The position numbers and the translations under genes are program-made. Shown piece after piece: positions 42,727 to 51,571 of a stretch of 64,000 nucleotides of DNA. The notes beneath the pieces were generated by a model. It saw only the letters and a list, made by a program, of their open reading frames with translations. It was not told the DNA's origin and made no database searches. Within the stretch, counting starts at the first letter, position 1, and every line of letters begins with the position of its first letter. Source of the stretch: a virus; IMG/VR virus record IMGVR_UViG_3300010151_007551, positions 1 to 64,000 of that record, one strand, 5' to 3'.

Positions 42727-43496
42727 ATATACTAGGATATAATGAATTCTTAAAAGAGGGCTCTTCAATAGAGCTTTCTTCTGTTTCTAGGGTAATATCT
42801 ACTGCAGTAAATGAGATAATGAAAAGAATAGTTAAAGCAGAGTTTCCAATAGGAAAAGATTATTATAATATATTTAACTATGAAATAGCAAATGACAATA
42901 ATTTAGCAGATATTAAGGTTTTCATTAGAAAAGACAATAATCCTAATTTTTCAGAAGATCCACATTTTAATAATATGAAATGGGAAAGGCACAGGTTCAA
43001 AGAAGATGGATTTGCAATAGACGCAAACACTTTTATTGAAAAAAACGCAGTGCCTGAGATACAAGTATCTATATTAATAGACCCAGATAGAGCTGTCATT
43101 AGGCCAGGTGTAGATTCATACGATAAAATATATAATAAATTAAATAATTTAGTGGATCATGAACTAAATCATACGCATCAGATAGGCATAAATAGATCAC
43201 CGTTTAAAACAATACCTTCTCATAAGGATCATAGAGATAATTCAAATAATAATAACTACTTCACTCTTCCAGAGGAAATAGAATCAATGGTAAGTGGAAT
43301 GTATAGACAATCCAAATTAGAAAATGTTCCATTAGATAACATATTTGATAAACATTTAAATATTTATGTTAAAGATAAATTCATAACAGAAGATCAAAAA
43401 CTAGATATAATTCATACGTGGATTGAATATGCATTAATTAATTACCCAGATAGCTCTTTTAGTGCTAAATATTACAATTTTATCAATAAAATTTAA
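42723..43496 (+). CDS. HExxH zinc-metallopeptidase-like protein
   Basis: VDHELNHTHQ plus a downstream YFTLPEEIES third-ligand motif; N-terminal MNILGYNEFLKE. Confidence 0.65.
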   Translation: MNILGYNEFLKEGSSIELSSVSRVISTAVNEIMKRIVKAEFPIGKDYYNIFNYEIANDNNLADIKVFIRKDNNPNFSEDPHFNNMKWERHRFKEDGFAIDANTFIEKNAVPEIQVSILIDPDRAVIRPGVDSYDKIYNKLNNLVDHELNHTHQIGINRSPFKTIPSHKDHRDNSNNNNYFTLPEEIESMVSGMYRQSKLENVPLDNIFDKHLNIYVKDKFITEDQKLDIIHTWIEYALINYPDSSFSAKYYNFINKI

Positions 43497-43542
43497 AACC
43501 TATTTTTCTAGATCAGTAGAAAATATAAAAAATTATAATAAA

Positions 43543-43812
43543 ATGAGTGAATTAAATGAATTTGAAACGTTTAAAGCAGTAGTCTTGAATGTTCAAGACG
43601 ATGTATTTGGACAAATAAATGAAATTCTTGCAGAGTCTGAAGAAGACGCTGTTAAATTTTATGAAAAAGGAAATAAGAGCGCAGGAACAAGGTTAAGGTC
43701 TAGTATGCAAAAAATTAGAAAACTTATCCACCATCCAACTATTCGTCAAAGCATGAATAAAGTTAATTTAGGTGCACAGGAGGTGCGAATTAACGTAAAC
43801 GATAGTAAATAA
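43543..43812 (+). CDS. Histone H1-like (Hc1-family) nucleoid protein
   Basis: KFYEKGNKSAGTRLR..MQ motif of the Hc1/Bacteroidota histone-H1 family; ATG at 43543 downstream of a promoter motif. Confidence 0.8.
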   Translation: MSELNEFETFKAVVLNVQDDVFGQINEILAESEEDAVKFYEKGNKSAGTRLRSSMQKIRKLIHHPTIRQSMNKVNLGAQEVRINVNDSK

Positions 43813-43850
43813 ATAAAGCTATAGATATAGTTTATTTTATACACTAGATT

Positions 43851-43903
43851 AAACGCCTTAATTGAAGTAGACTTAAAAATCTATTAAAATTAAGGCGTTT
43901 TTT
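43851..43903 (+). terminator. Long-stem terminator-like hairpin
   Basis: 13-bp perfect stem AAACGCCTTAATT/AATTAAGGCGTTT around a 24-nt insert, followed by Ts. Confidence 0.65.
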
Positions 43904-43956
43904 ATTGTTTTTAAATAAAAATGAACTTTTTTGTAAAAAAATGTTAAAATAATAAA

Positions 43957-44445
43957 ATGAAGCACAATACATGGATAACGAGTAATTCTATCTCAAAAAC
44001 CGCTAGTTCTCAGGTATATTCACCATATAATGTTGGTGTTAGAAATCGTGTAAGAAATAATAATATTGTGCAAGATGATCAAGAAAATGCGCCATCTATT
44101 TTACCCGAAAGGTTATCCTCGACTCCAAATCCTGCTTCTACAAAGTGGATAACCAGAACTAGGATAAAGGTTGATCAAACATCTGATGATGCACAAATAG
44201 TAGATCCTGGTATACCAGGAAATAATCTTGTGTTTTTTGATAAGGTAGTATTAGATGGAATAACAGATAGTGAAAATGTGGAATTTGGACTACCGTCTAG
44301 TCCAGACAAGGGTTCTGAACACATATATCTAAATGGACAGCTGCTAGATGCAGAAGATTACACAATAGTGGGAGCCAGTGTCACGTTTAATTTTATACCT
44401 ATGAAAGGCTCAAGATTATTGATATCTTACAGGGAAATTAAATAA
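43957..44445 (+). CDS. Hypothetical protein with a phage fibre-type beta-sandwich repeat
   Basis: C-terminal IYLNGQLL...DYT.....VTF...P..GS.L.ISY pattern. Confidence 0.6.
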   Translation: MKHNTWITSNSISKTASSQVYSPYNVGVRNRVRNNNIVQDDQENAPSILPERLSSTPNPASTKWITRTRIKVDQTSDDAQIVDPGIPGNNLVFFDKVVLDGITDSENVEFGLPSSPDKGSEHIYLNGQLLDAEDYTIVGASVTFNFIPMKGSRLLISYREIK

Positions 44446-44538
44446 TGTGTAATTAAAAATTATTATCATAAATATCTGATATTTTTTATGCAAAAACGTA
44501 AAAAATTAATCTAATAACTAGATAAATAAATATGAACA

Positions 44539-44775
44539 ATGGAAAAATCAACAACATATTACACAACATCAGATTTATATTTAGCAGCCTATTTAAAGGT
44601 AAAGGGCGGTAAGCTTTCCGTTGAAAAGAAGGGTTCCAAAGCCCTATTTAAATTTATAGAAAATCCAGATTTATCTTCAAATGTAAATGATTATTTTATG
44701 GAAACCGGTTCTTGCGAACCATTGGCATATACCAATGTCATAAAAAACCTAAAGAACCTGATCTTTAATAGTTAA
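44539..44775 (+). CDS. Small hypothetical protein (DUF5659-like)
   Basis: N-terminal YTTSDLYLAAYL pattern; 78 aa. Confidence 0.55.
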   Translation: MEKSTTYYTTSDLYLAAYLKVKGGKLSVEKKGSKALFKFIENPDLSSNVNDYFMETGSCEPLAYTNVIKNLKNLIFNS

Positions 44776-44861
44776 TAAAACTAAAAAGATTTAAGTTAAA
44801 AAAATGGTTTTATTTCTATAGAATTCAGGCGAAATTAGGGCCTAAAAAAAATCTAAAAAAA

Positions 44862-46904
44862 ATGGATAATTTTAATTATAGACCATTTGCTCAATTTGGA
44901 ATGGAGCAAATAAATTTTGAACCAAAACAAGTTGCCTTATTGGCAGCTATGGATAAAAAAGATGCAGATACGTCAGCTGCTATACAAGCAATAATAGATG
45001 GTGCAGTTTCTGATTTACAGAGTGCGGATACTAATATTGAAAACTTAGTAGCTACTGTTAAATCACAGCTTACTAAATCGATTGACTTAAACTCTTCAAA
45101 AATTGGTGATGTTGTTGACCAATTAGGTATGAATGGTTTACCTGCGTCATTGGTAAAACTTTCAAAGGAACTTGAGAGGTTAATGAAGATTAGAGATGAG
45201 CTTCATGCACAAAAGATAGCTAATCAAAAAGGAGACGAGGTAGCAGAGTTAACTCAATCTGAGGAAGATTTTATGAGATTCATAAACGAAAACCTTGGAT
45301 ATGATTCTAGAATCACTGCAGTTAAGCATATATCATGGGCTTTTTCAGGATATAGTAGACTAGATATAGCATCAATTATTGAATCATCTAATTATGGTGC
45401 TGACTATGCTACATATATTGATGCGTTTATACAAGCGTTTGGCGATGGTGATACTGCATGGTTAGATAAATATGCTGAGAAAAATTTATCAACGCCTAAT
45501 GATGACTATAGGAGTACTTGGCCTGGATATTTATTATTTAATGGAATCGCAGAAGATAACTTTGACGACATGGTGAGAAAGTTCATTGCTGATACTGAAC
45601 AGTGGATTAAAGACTTTTCAGCAGAAATGGGGTCAAATTTCTCAGATGTGTATGAGGACATTCGTGGATCACTTAACAGTATTAAAGCTGAAGCTAATGG
45701 AAACATTAAAAGTGGATGGACACGTCATGTTACTGCAGTTCAGGCATATGAAGAAAAACCTTTATCTACTCGTAACTATACTCTTGTTAATGATGTATAT
45801 GAGTCATCAGTAGTTGTATACTGTAATGGTCAGTTAATAACAAAAGATCAAGACTATTCAGTCAATAGAGATGATGATAGCGGAAAAGTAATAATTAAGT
45901 TTGCTGATTCAATGCCAATGGAACCTGGATTCTATTATGAAATTCATGCCATAGTATTGCATGCAACTGAATTATTTGGAATAGGTGCTCTTCCAGTTCA
46001 ACCTGATTATGGAGTAACTGGATACGATACATCTTTCAAATTGGCGCAAGCGAAATTTTGGACAGAAAATCAATTGGCTAGATTATCACTATTTGATATT
46101 GATATTACAGAAATTTCTTCAGATATACGTTATAATATGGAACGAGGAGAGCAGCTTAAAACGGATAATATGAGTCTTACTGATAAACTGGCTGCATTTG
46201 AACAAGAAAAAGCAACTTTAAAAACTAATCTTGTTAGATTAAATTCAGAAAGAGACCATCAAGCTGAGGAGTTAACCATGGTTAACACTAAGATTGCATC
46301 TTTCGAAGCAGATATAGTTGCTAATGAAGCCAATGTCGAAGATTTGACAGAACAATTAGCGCAGCTTGCTGAATTATTAGCAAAAGCTAAGCACAACCTT
46401 AAAGTTGCTGAGAATCCTGTTAATCCTAATGATTATGATGCAGAAAAATGCAAGGAACTTGAAACGATAGTTGAAACATCTACTCAAGCTCATATAGGAG
46501 GTAAAGCAGCTTTAGTTGCAGCAGAAACTAGTTTAGCAGAACTAAAAACTGAGTGTGAGACTCACAAATCTCAAGTACCTGTAATTGAAGCGGATATTGC
46601 GACAAGTGATTCAAGTATAGAGACCACTACCACTCTTATTGAAAGCGTAGATGTATCTATAAGTGGAACCAAATCGACTATTATCTTTAACGAAGCAGCA
46701 AAAACTGACTGTGATATGAAAGTTGCAAAAGCTGAACAGAAGGTGAAGAGTCTAAAAGAGGCGGTTGAAGCTATTGAAGCTGAGGTAAATCCTTATGCTA
46801 CTATAGATCCTGCAGATGATCTGCTAGGTGATCCAAAAGACGAAGATAACGAAGGTGAACCAGGTGGACCGGGTGATGGGATTGACAATATCATAGTTAA
46901 TTAA
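44862..46904 (+). CDS. Long coiled-coil fibrous protein with one beta-sandwich repeat
   Basis: VVYCNGQL.TKDQDYSV domain followed by more than 200 aa of heptad repeats; acidic tail. Confidence 0.65.
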   Translation: MDNFNYRPFAQFGMEQINFEPKQVALLAAMDKKDADTSAAIQAIIDGAVSDLQSADTNIENLVATVKSQLTKSIDLNSSKIGDVVDQLGMNGLPASLVKLSKELERLMKIRDELHAQKIANQKGDEVAELTQSEEDFMRFINENLGYDSRITAVKHISWAFSGYSRLDIASIIESSNYGADYATYIDAFIQAFGDGDTAWLDKYAEKNLSTPNDDYRSTWPGYLLFNGIAEDNFDDMVRKFIADTEQWIKDFSAEMGSNFSDVYEDIRGSLNSIKAEANGNIKSGWTRHVTAVQAYEEKPLSTRNYTLVNDVYESSVVVYCNGQLITKDQDYSVNRDDDSGKVIIKFADSMPMEPGFYYEIHAIVLHATELFGIGALPVQPDYGVTGYDTSFKLAQAKFWTENQLARLSLFDIDITEISSDIRYNMERGEQLKTDNMSLTDKLAAFEQEKATLKTNLVRLNSERDHQAEELTMVNTKIASFEADIVANEANVEDLTEQLAQLAELLAKAKHNLKVAENPVNPNDYDAEKCKELETIVETSTQAHIGGKAALVAAETSLAELKTECETHKSQVPVIEADIATSDSSIETTTTLIESVDVSISGTKSTIIFNEAAKTDCDMKVAKAEQKVKSLKEAVEAIEAEVNPYATIDPADDLLGDPKDEDNEGEPGGPGDGIDNIIVN

Positions 46905-46952
46905 TTTAATTATTAAACGTTAATTCTTAATCTTTAAGTTTTAAAAAAAATT

Positions 46953-46978
46953 GGGGAACTTCGGTTCCCCTTTTTTTA
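46953..46978 (+). terminator. Rho-independent terminator
   Basis: GGGGAAC-TTCG-GTTCCCC followed by a T-run. Confidence 0.92.
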
Positions 46979-47089
46979 TATTATTATTCAAGAAATTATT
47001 TTTAATTATTTTAAAATTTATAAGAACCTATTATTTTTATATAGTAGAATATAACAAATAATATAAATTACTAAAAAAAATACTTAATT

Positions 47090-48127
47090 ATGAATGACTT
47101 TTTTGATTTACCTAAAGAGACTTTTGGAAGCAGTAGTTCTAATTCCAATGAAAAGAAAAAAGATGAAAACATCTATGACCCAAATCCTGATGCAAGCGGA
47201 GGAATATATAAATCCGTTGTTAGGTTTATCCCCAATTTAAAAGATAAAACACAAACTAAATACACTAAATATAGTGCTAAGGTATATAACCCTCTAACAA
47301 AGAGAGCTGTATATGTAGACTGTCCATCCAATGAAAATAAACCATCGGTATTGTGGACTTTATCTACTATTCTCGGCCGTCTTAAAAAAGAAGAACCTAC
47401 CGTTGTCAATGAAATAAATGATAATTTTTCTAGGTGGTATACTCATCATTCTTACGTGTATATTATAAAAGATCCTCAAAATCCTGATTTAGAAGGAAAA
47501 ATTAAACTATTTAAATATCGCGCTCAGATTAATGATCTCATAGAGCAACAGATGAATCCAGACGAAGATGGTCTATTAGAAAACACGGTTAAAGTTAATC
47601 CCTTTCATTTATTAGAAGGAAAAGATTTCTTATGTGTTGTTTCAAAGAAAACAAAAACGTGGAGAGATTGGACAAAATGTAAATTTATGGATGAACTAAC
47701 TCCATTTGTTTTTAATATAAAAGACAATCAAGTAGTTATGAAAAATGATGAAGGAGCTATTAAAGTAGTAAAGGGATTCTTTGAAAAAACTGCTCCGTCC
47801 ATGGAAGACTATTTACATCAGTCTTGGACAGATGAAACATACAATGAAGTTGCATCAGCGCTAAAAGCAGCGATTGGTCATAAAGAGGTTATAAACATGC
47901 TTATAGCTGAAACTAGAGATGAAAAAATGAAACAATTATTGTCTCTTGAAAATCCACATAAAGAGTCTGTTGCACCGGCTTCTGTTTCATCAAATGACAC
48001 ATTAACCAATGATAATATTTCTTTTGGTGGAACCACTGTTAATACCGCTGTTGAAGAAAAAAAGACACCGGTTGTCACTGATGGAGAGTCTAATGATGAA
48101 TATGATGATCTATTCAAAGATCTTTAA
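47090..48127 (+). CDS. T4 gp32-like single-stranded DNA-binding protein
   Basis: Motifs SVVRFIP, YVYIIKDPQNPDLEGKIKLFKY and NPF.L.EGKDF, with acidic C-terminal tail DEYDDLFKDL. Confidence 0.88.
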   Translation: MNDFFDLPKETFGSSSSNSNEKKKDENIYDPNPDASGGIYKSVVRFIPNLKDKTQTKYTKYSAKVYNPLTKRAVYVDCPSNENKPSVLWTLSTILGRLKKEEPTVVNEINDNFSRWYTHHSYVYIIKDPQNPDLEGKIKLFKYRAQINDLIEQQMNPDEDGLLENTVKVNPFHLLEGKDFLCVVSKKTKTWRDWTKCKFMDELTPFVFNIKDNQVVMKNDEGAIKVVKGFFEKTAPSMEDYLHQSWTDETYNEVASALKAAIGHKEVINMLIAETRDEKMKQLLSLENPHKESVAPASVSSNDTLTNDNISFGGTTVNTAVEEKKTPVVTDGESNDEYDDLFKDL

Positions 48128-48160
48128 TATATAAAATTAAATAAAAAAAACAAATTAACA

Positions 48161-48514
48161 ATGACTAAAGTTACAAATGAAACTGTAGAAAACACTAAAA
48201 CAGATGCTTCTACTACTAATGCTACTGCTTCGGCTGAAAATACAACTGATCCAAATCAAGTTGTTCTTCTAGGAAGTATTTCATATACTGATGAATTTCA
48301 ATATGAAGAATGGTTAAAAAACATGGATTTAAACCAGGCTATTTTTGTATTAGTTGCTAATGCAAACTATGCACAATCAAAAGGATTATTATCTATTGCT
48401 GAATCTGAATTAGTTGCAGGTGCTCTTAGAACAATTAAGAAAAATTCTAAGCAGACTCCAGTTGCCCCCGTTGTAGATTCTAAAAATGTTACTGAAGATA
48501 AATCATCTAAATAG
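48161..48514 (+). CDS. Hypothetical protein
   Basis: 117-aa ORF with a low-complexity T/A/N N-terminus, in the replication operon. Confidence 0.6.
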   Translation: MTKVTNETVENTKTDASTTNATASAENTTDPNQVVLLGSISYTDEFQYEEWLKNMDLNQAIFVLVANANYAQSKGLLSIAESELVAGALRTIKKNSKQTPVAPVVDSKNVTEDKSSK

Positions 48515-48523
48515 TTTTTACCA

Positions 48524-49663
48524 ATGGTTTATTTAATAGATGGAAATGCATATATAAACGTAGCAGTAAGCGTTACTAAAAGTATTTTATCTAGAGATAA
48601 ATCTATAGGAAGAGATTATTATATAGATGATATTTTTTCAGAAAATAAGAAGATCTTAAGGGAACAATGTAGGATAACATTTAGAGATTTTTGCTTATCT
48701 TACTTAGTATCATTAATTGCACCCATCCACAAAGAAGTGGATGAGGTGCATATTGTTTTTGATTCTAAAAGTTGGAGAAAGAAATATATTTCTGATTTTT
48801 TTACTACTGAAAATGTGTTATTGGATAGACCTTCTGATATTAAAGAATTTGAATATAAAGCTAATCGACGAGGAGACTCCAATATCTATTTATTTTTTGA
48901 ATATTTTCAAGGCATTGTTCTAGACCATTTAAAAAATGAATGTGGAATTAATTTTCACAGGTGGTCCGGAATGGAGGGAGATGATATATTGGCGTATTTA
49001 TGTGATACTTTTACTAAAGATACTATAATATATTCAGTTGATAAAGATTTAATACAGCTTGTTAATAATTCAGGATTAACATATACAATTATGGTATCAC
49101 CTAAGCAGATGTCTAAGCATAAAAAATTATATGTTTCAGATTATTCAAGTGAATTAAATGAATCAGATTTTTTTAACATAGATAACGTTACAGTTGGAAA
49201 TCTAAATAATGTTTCTTCCAAGTTAATAGAAAAGGGATATGTTAAGTATCCAATAAATTCTACTCGTTCTGTGCTAGAAAAAATAATAGGTGGAGATAAG
49301 TCAGATAAAATACCAAGGTTATATAAAATGACTAAGTCTAAAGTTAATAAAGTTTGCGAATTAATCATTGAAAAATATGGTAACGATATTTTACATAAAC
49401 TAGATGAATTAAATGCAGAGTTTATAGATTATGCTATTTGTAAAATATCTAAGTGTAATAAATTAGAAGAGAAAAAAGATATTGATACGCTTAGAAAGCA
49501 TTTTATATTTAATACTAAAATAATTAGACTATCTCATACCTTATTGCCATTAGAGTTAAAAAATGAAATTGAAACTCGGCTAAACCTATTACAGAAAACA
49601 AAGTATAATAACTTTAAATATTCTAAGCTATTAGAACTCAAAAATAAATCAGTACTACTATGA
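48524..49663 (+). CDS. T4 RNase H-like 5'-3' (flap) exonuclease
   Basis: Motifs LIDGN, VFDSKSWRK, YKANR, EGDDIL, SVDKDLIQL and GDKSD.IP. Confidence 0.9.
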   Translation: MVYLIDGNAYINVAVSVTKSILSRDKSIGRDYYIDDIFSENKKILREQCRITFRDFCLSYLVSLIAPIHKEVDEVHIVFDSKSWRKKYISDFFTTENVLLDRPSDIKEFEYKANRRGDSNIYLFFEYFQGIVLDHLKNECGINFHRWSGMEGDDILAYLCDTFTKDTIIYSVDKDLIQLVNNSGLTYTIMVSPKQMSKHKKLYVSDYSSELNESDFFNIDNVTVGNLNNVSSKLIEKGYVKYPINSTRSVLEKIIGGDKSDKIPRLYKMTKSKVNKVCELIIEKYGNDILHKLDELNAEFIDYAICKISKCNKLEEKKDIDTLRKHFIFNTKIIRLSHTLLPLELKNEIETRLNLLQKTKYNNFKYSKLLELKNKSVLL

Positions 49664-49959
49664 AACCTTTATATGAAAGAATTTTAATTAAACCTGTTCA
49701 AAAAGAAACATCTACTAAATCGGGTATTTTATTACCAACTAAAGCGGTTAAGCGTCCAAATATTGGAACCGTAATAGCATGTGGAGAAGGAACACAACAT
49801 AATCCTATGAAAGTTAAGGAAGGAGATGTAGTATTATGTAATAGATATGCAGGCGTAGATATAGTTTATAAAAATGAACCTCATTACGTTATATTATCTA
49901 ATGAAGTAATAGCCGTCTTGGAAAACATAGATGAGGTAAAACTCGACGAATATGAATAA
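49660..49959 (+). CDS. groES: Co-chaperonin GroES
   Basis: MKPLYERILIKP, TKSGILLP, G.VIA.GEG and VKEGDVV. Confidence 0.95.
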   Translation: MKPLYERILIKPVQKETSTKSGILLPTKAVKRPNIGTVIACGEGTQHNPMKVKEGDVVLCNRYAGVDIVYKNEPHYVILSNEVIAVLENIDEVKLDEYE

Positions 49960-50971
49960 TGACTTAAAGTTCGACTTTAATGATATTTTAATATGTCCAT
50001 CGGTTATAACTAATATAGAATCAAGATCTCACATTAATGTATTTTATCCTGATGGAAACCTTCCACTTATAACTGCTCCAATGGATACCGTTATATTAGA
50101 GAAAAATGAACATGTATTTATTGAAAATAATATAATACCTTGTTTACCCAGGGGAGAAAAAGCTGGGCCTCGCTCTATAGAGTCATTTTCACTAAATGAA
50201 ATGCTTAATAAATTTAAATCAAAGGAATTAAAAAAGCACAGGGGATATCTAATAGACACAGCTAATGGTCATATAAAAAAACTAAAAGATGTCACTAGGA
50301 TGATTAAGAATGAACTAGGTGATGATATATGGTTAATGATAGGAAATATAGCTAATCCAAAATCATACGCTGAATTATCTGAAGCCGGTGCAGATGCAAT
50401 TAGAATAGGAATAGGCAACGGCGGAGGTTGTCTAACTACACAGCAGACTGGTGTAGGATATCCAATGGCTTCCTTAATAAAAGAATGTTATATTGAATCA
50501 TTATCTTTAAATAATCCCGCTAAAATAGTAGCAGACGGTGGAATGAAAGATTATTCAGATGTTATTAAAGCGCTCGCATTAGGAGCAGATTTCGTTATGA
50601 TGGGTTCAATATTTAATAAAGCAATAGAAAGTTCTGGAAAAAATGTACATTATAGTAATGCTGGTGAAACAGAACTTAGTTTAGAAGAAGCATTAGATTT
50701 GTTTAATTCTGGGAGACCTGTTTTCAAATCATTTAGAGGAATGTCTACCAAAGAGGTTCAAAGGAAATGGGGAAGGATTAATCTTAAAACATCTGAAGGA
50801 ATAGTGGATACCAGAGAAGCCCAATACACTTTAAGCAGCTGGGTTGAAAACTTTAAGCATTATCTAAGATCAGCCATGAGCTATACTAATTCTAGTGATT
50901 TAAATGAATTCATTGGGGAGACACACACTATAATGATCACTAAAAATTCATTAGATAGATTTAAAAAATAA
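49952..50971 (+). CDS. GMP reductase / IMP dehydrogenase family enzyme (no CBS domains)
   Basis: Motifs APMDTV, DTANGH, GIGNGGGCLT, ADGG, ALGADFVMMG and FRGMS; GuaC versus GuaB cannot be settled by eye. Confidence 0.88.
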   Translation: MNNDLKFDFNDILICPSVITNIESRSHINVFYPDGNLPLITAPMDTVILEKNEHVFIENNIIPCLPRGEKAGPRSIESFSLNEMLNKFKSKELKKHRGYLIDTANGHIKKLKDVTRMIKNELGDDIWLMIGNIANPKSYAELSEAGADAIRIGIGNGGGCLTTQQTGVGYPMASLIKECYIESLSLNNPAKIVADGGMKDYSDVIKALALGADFVMMGSIFNKAIESSGKNVHYSNAGETELSLEEALDLFNSGRPVFKSFRGMSTKEVQRKWGRINLKTSEGIVDTREAQYTLSSWVENFKHYLRSAMSYTNSSDLNEFIGETHTIMITKNSLDRFKK

Positions 50972-50982
50972 TTTTTTTATTT

Positions 50983-51010
50983 AAACCTTTTTATAAAGTT
51001 TAGTATAATA
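50983..51010 (+). promoter_or_regulatory. Phage early/middle-type promoter AAAC-N16-GTA[T/G]AATA (representative copy)
   Basis: The same motif and spacing occur at about 29287, 31455, 38166, 43496, 47024, 50983, 54579 and 58409, with variants at about 1289, 6967 and 43923. Confidence 0.8.
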
Positions 51011-51054
51011 TATAAATCAATAACAAAATAGTTATTAACGTTCTTTAAAATAAT

Positions 51055-51477
51055 GTGAAAGGCATCGGAAATCGACGGATTGAAGATGTTGATATGTGCC
51101 AGAACAATGAGTCCAGTGGAGCTCATATTGGATGGAATTAGATCGTCGGATCGCAGAAGCCCGTGATAGGGTGTTCCTAATCAAATGATTAGGCTGAACT
51201 ACTTTAACAAGTGGAATTTCAGTTCTTAGTTTAGATTTATAGAAAATGTAGATCTGCACAACGCTTGTGGGTAAATAAATAAATCCCGCTTTATGACTGA
51301 ATAAGCTTTTTCGCGAGCTAAGGTGGTCTTGAATTCTATAGTGGATTTATCAATGATTATGGTGAGTACAAACCATTTTTAAGATAAGCAACGTCGGTTA
51401 TTTCAAGATGCAGTGTTTAAAATCGCAGCGGAGACTAAGTTGGAGGTATTCTATAATCCTTCCATATTTTCTTTCAC
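51055..51477 (+). ncRNA. Unclassified large structured non-coding RNA (~420 nt)
   Basis: Dedicated promoter (50983-51010), BoxA-like CGTTCTTTAAAA (51039-50), closing stem GTGAAAG/CTTTCAC, many internal hairpins and long-range helices, GC above the flanks, no credible ORF, downstream terminator. Confidence 0.75.
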
Positions 51478-51508
51478 TTTTTATTTTTATAATACATACA
51501 CTAATTAC

Positions 51509-51542
51509 AAAAAAAAGGGAAGCTTTATAGTTTCCCTTTTTT
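51509..51542. terminator. Bidirectional rho-independent terminator
   Basis: A-run-GGGAAGCT...AGTTTCCC-T-run between the convergent ncRNA and sheath gene. Confidence 0.85.
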
Positions 51543-51571
51543 ATTTTATATTAAAATTAAGTTTTCTGTTA

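Noticed and set aside
44816-44829. 12-14-nt complementarity between the leader of ORF 44862 and the large ncRNA (51328-51341)
   Set aside because: Matches of this length are expected by chance between a 420-nt query and 64 kb of AT-rich DNA.
51055-51477. tmRNA or RNase P identity for the large RNA (GGAAATCGACGG resembles the tmRNA 5' GGATTCGACGG)
   Set aside because: There is no GGGG acceptor stem, T-arm/CCA 3' end or ...ALAA tag frame, and no RNase P GAGGAAAGUCC or ACAGAA..CGGC elements.
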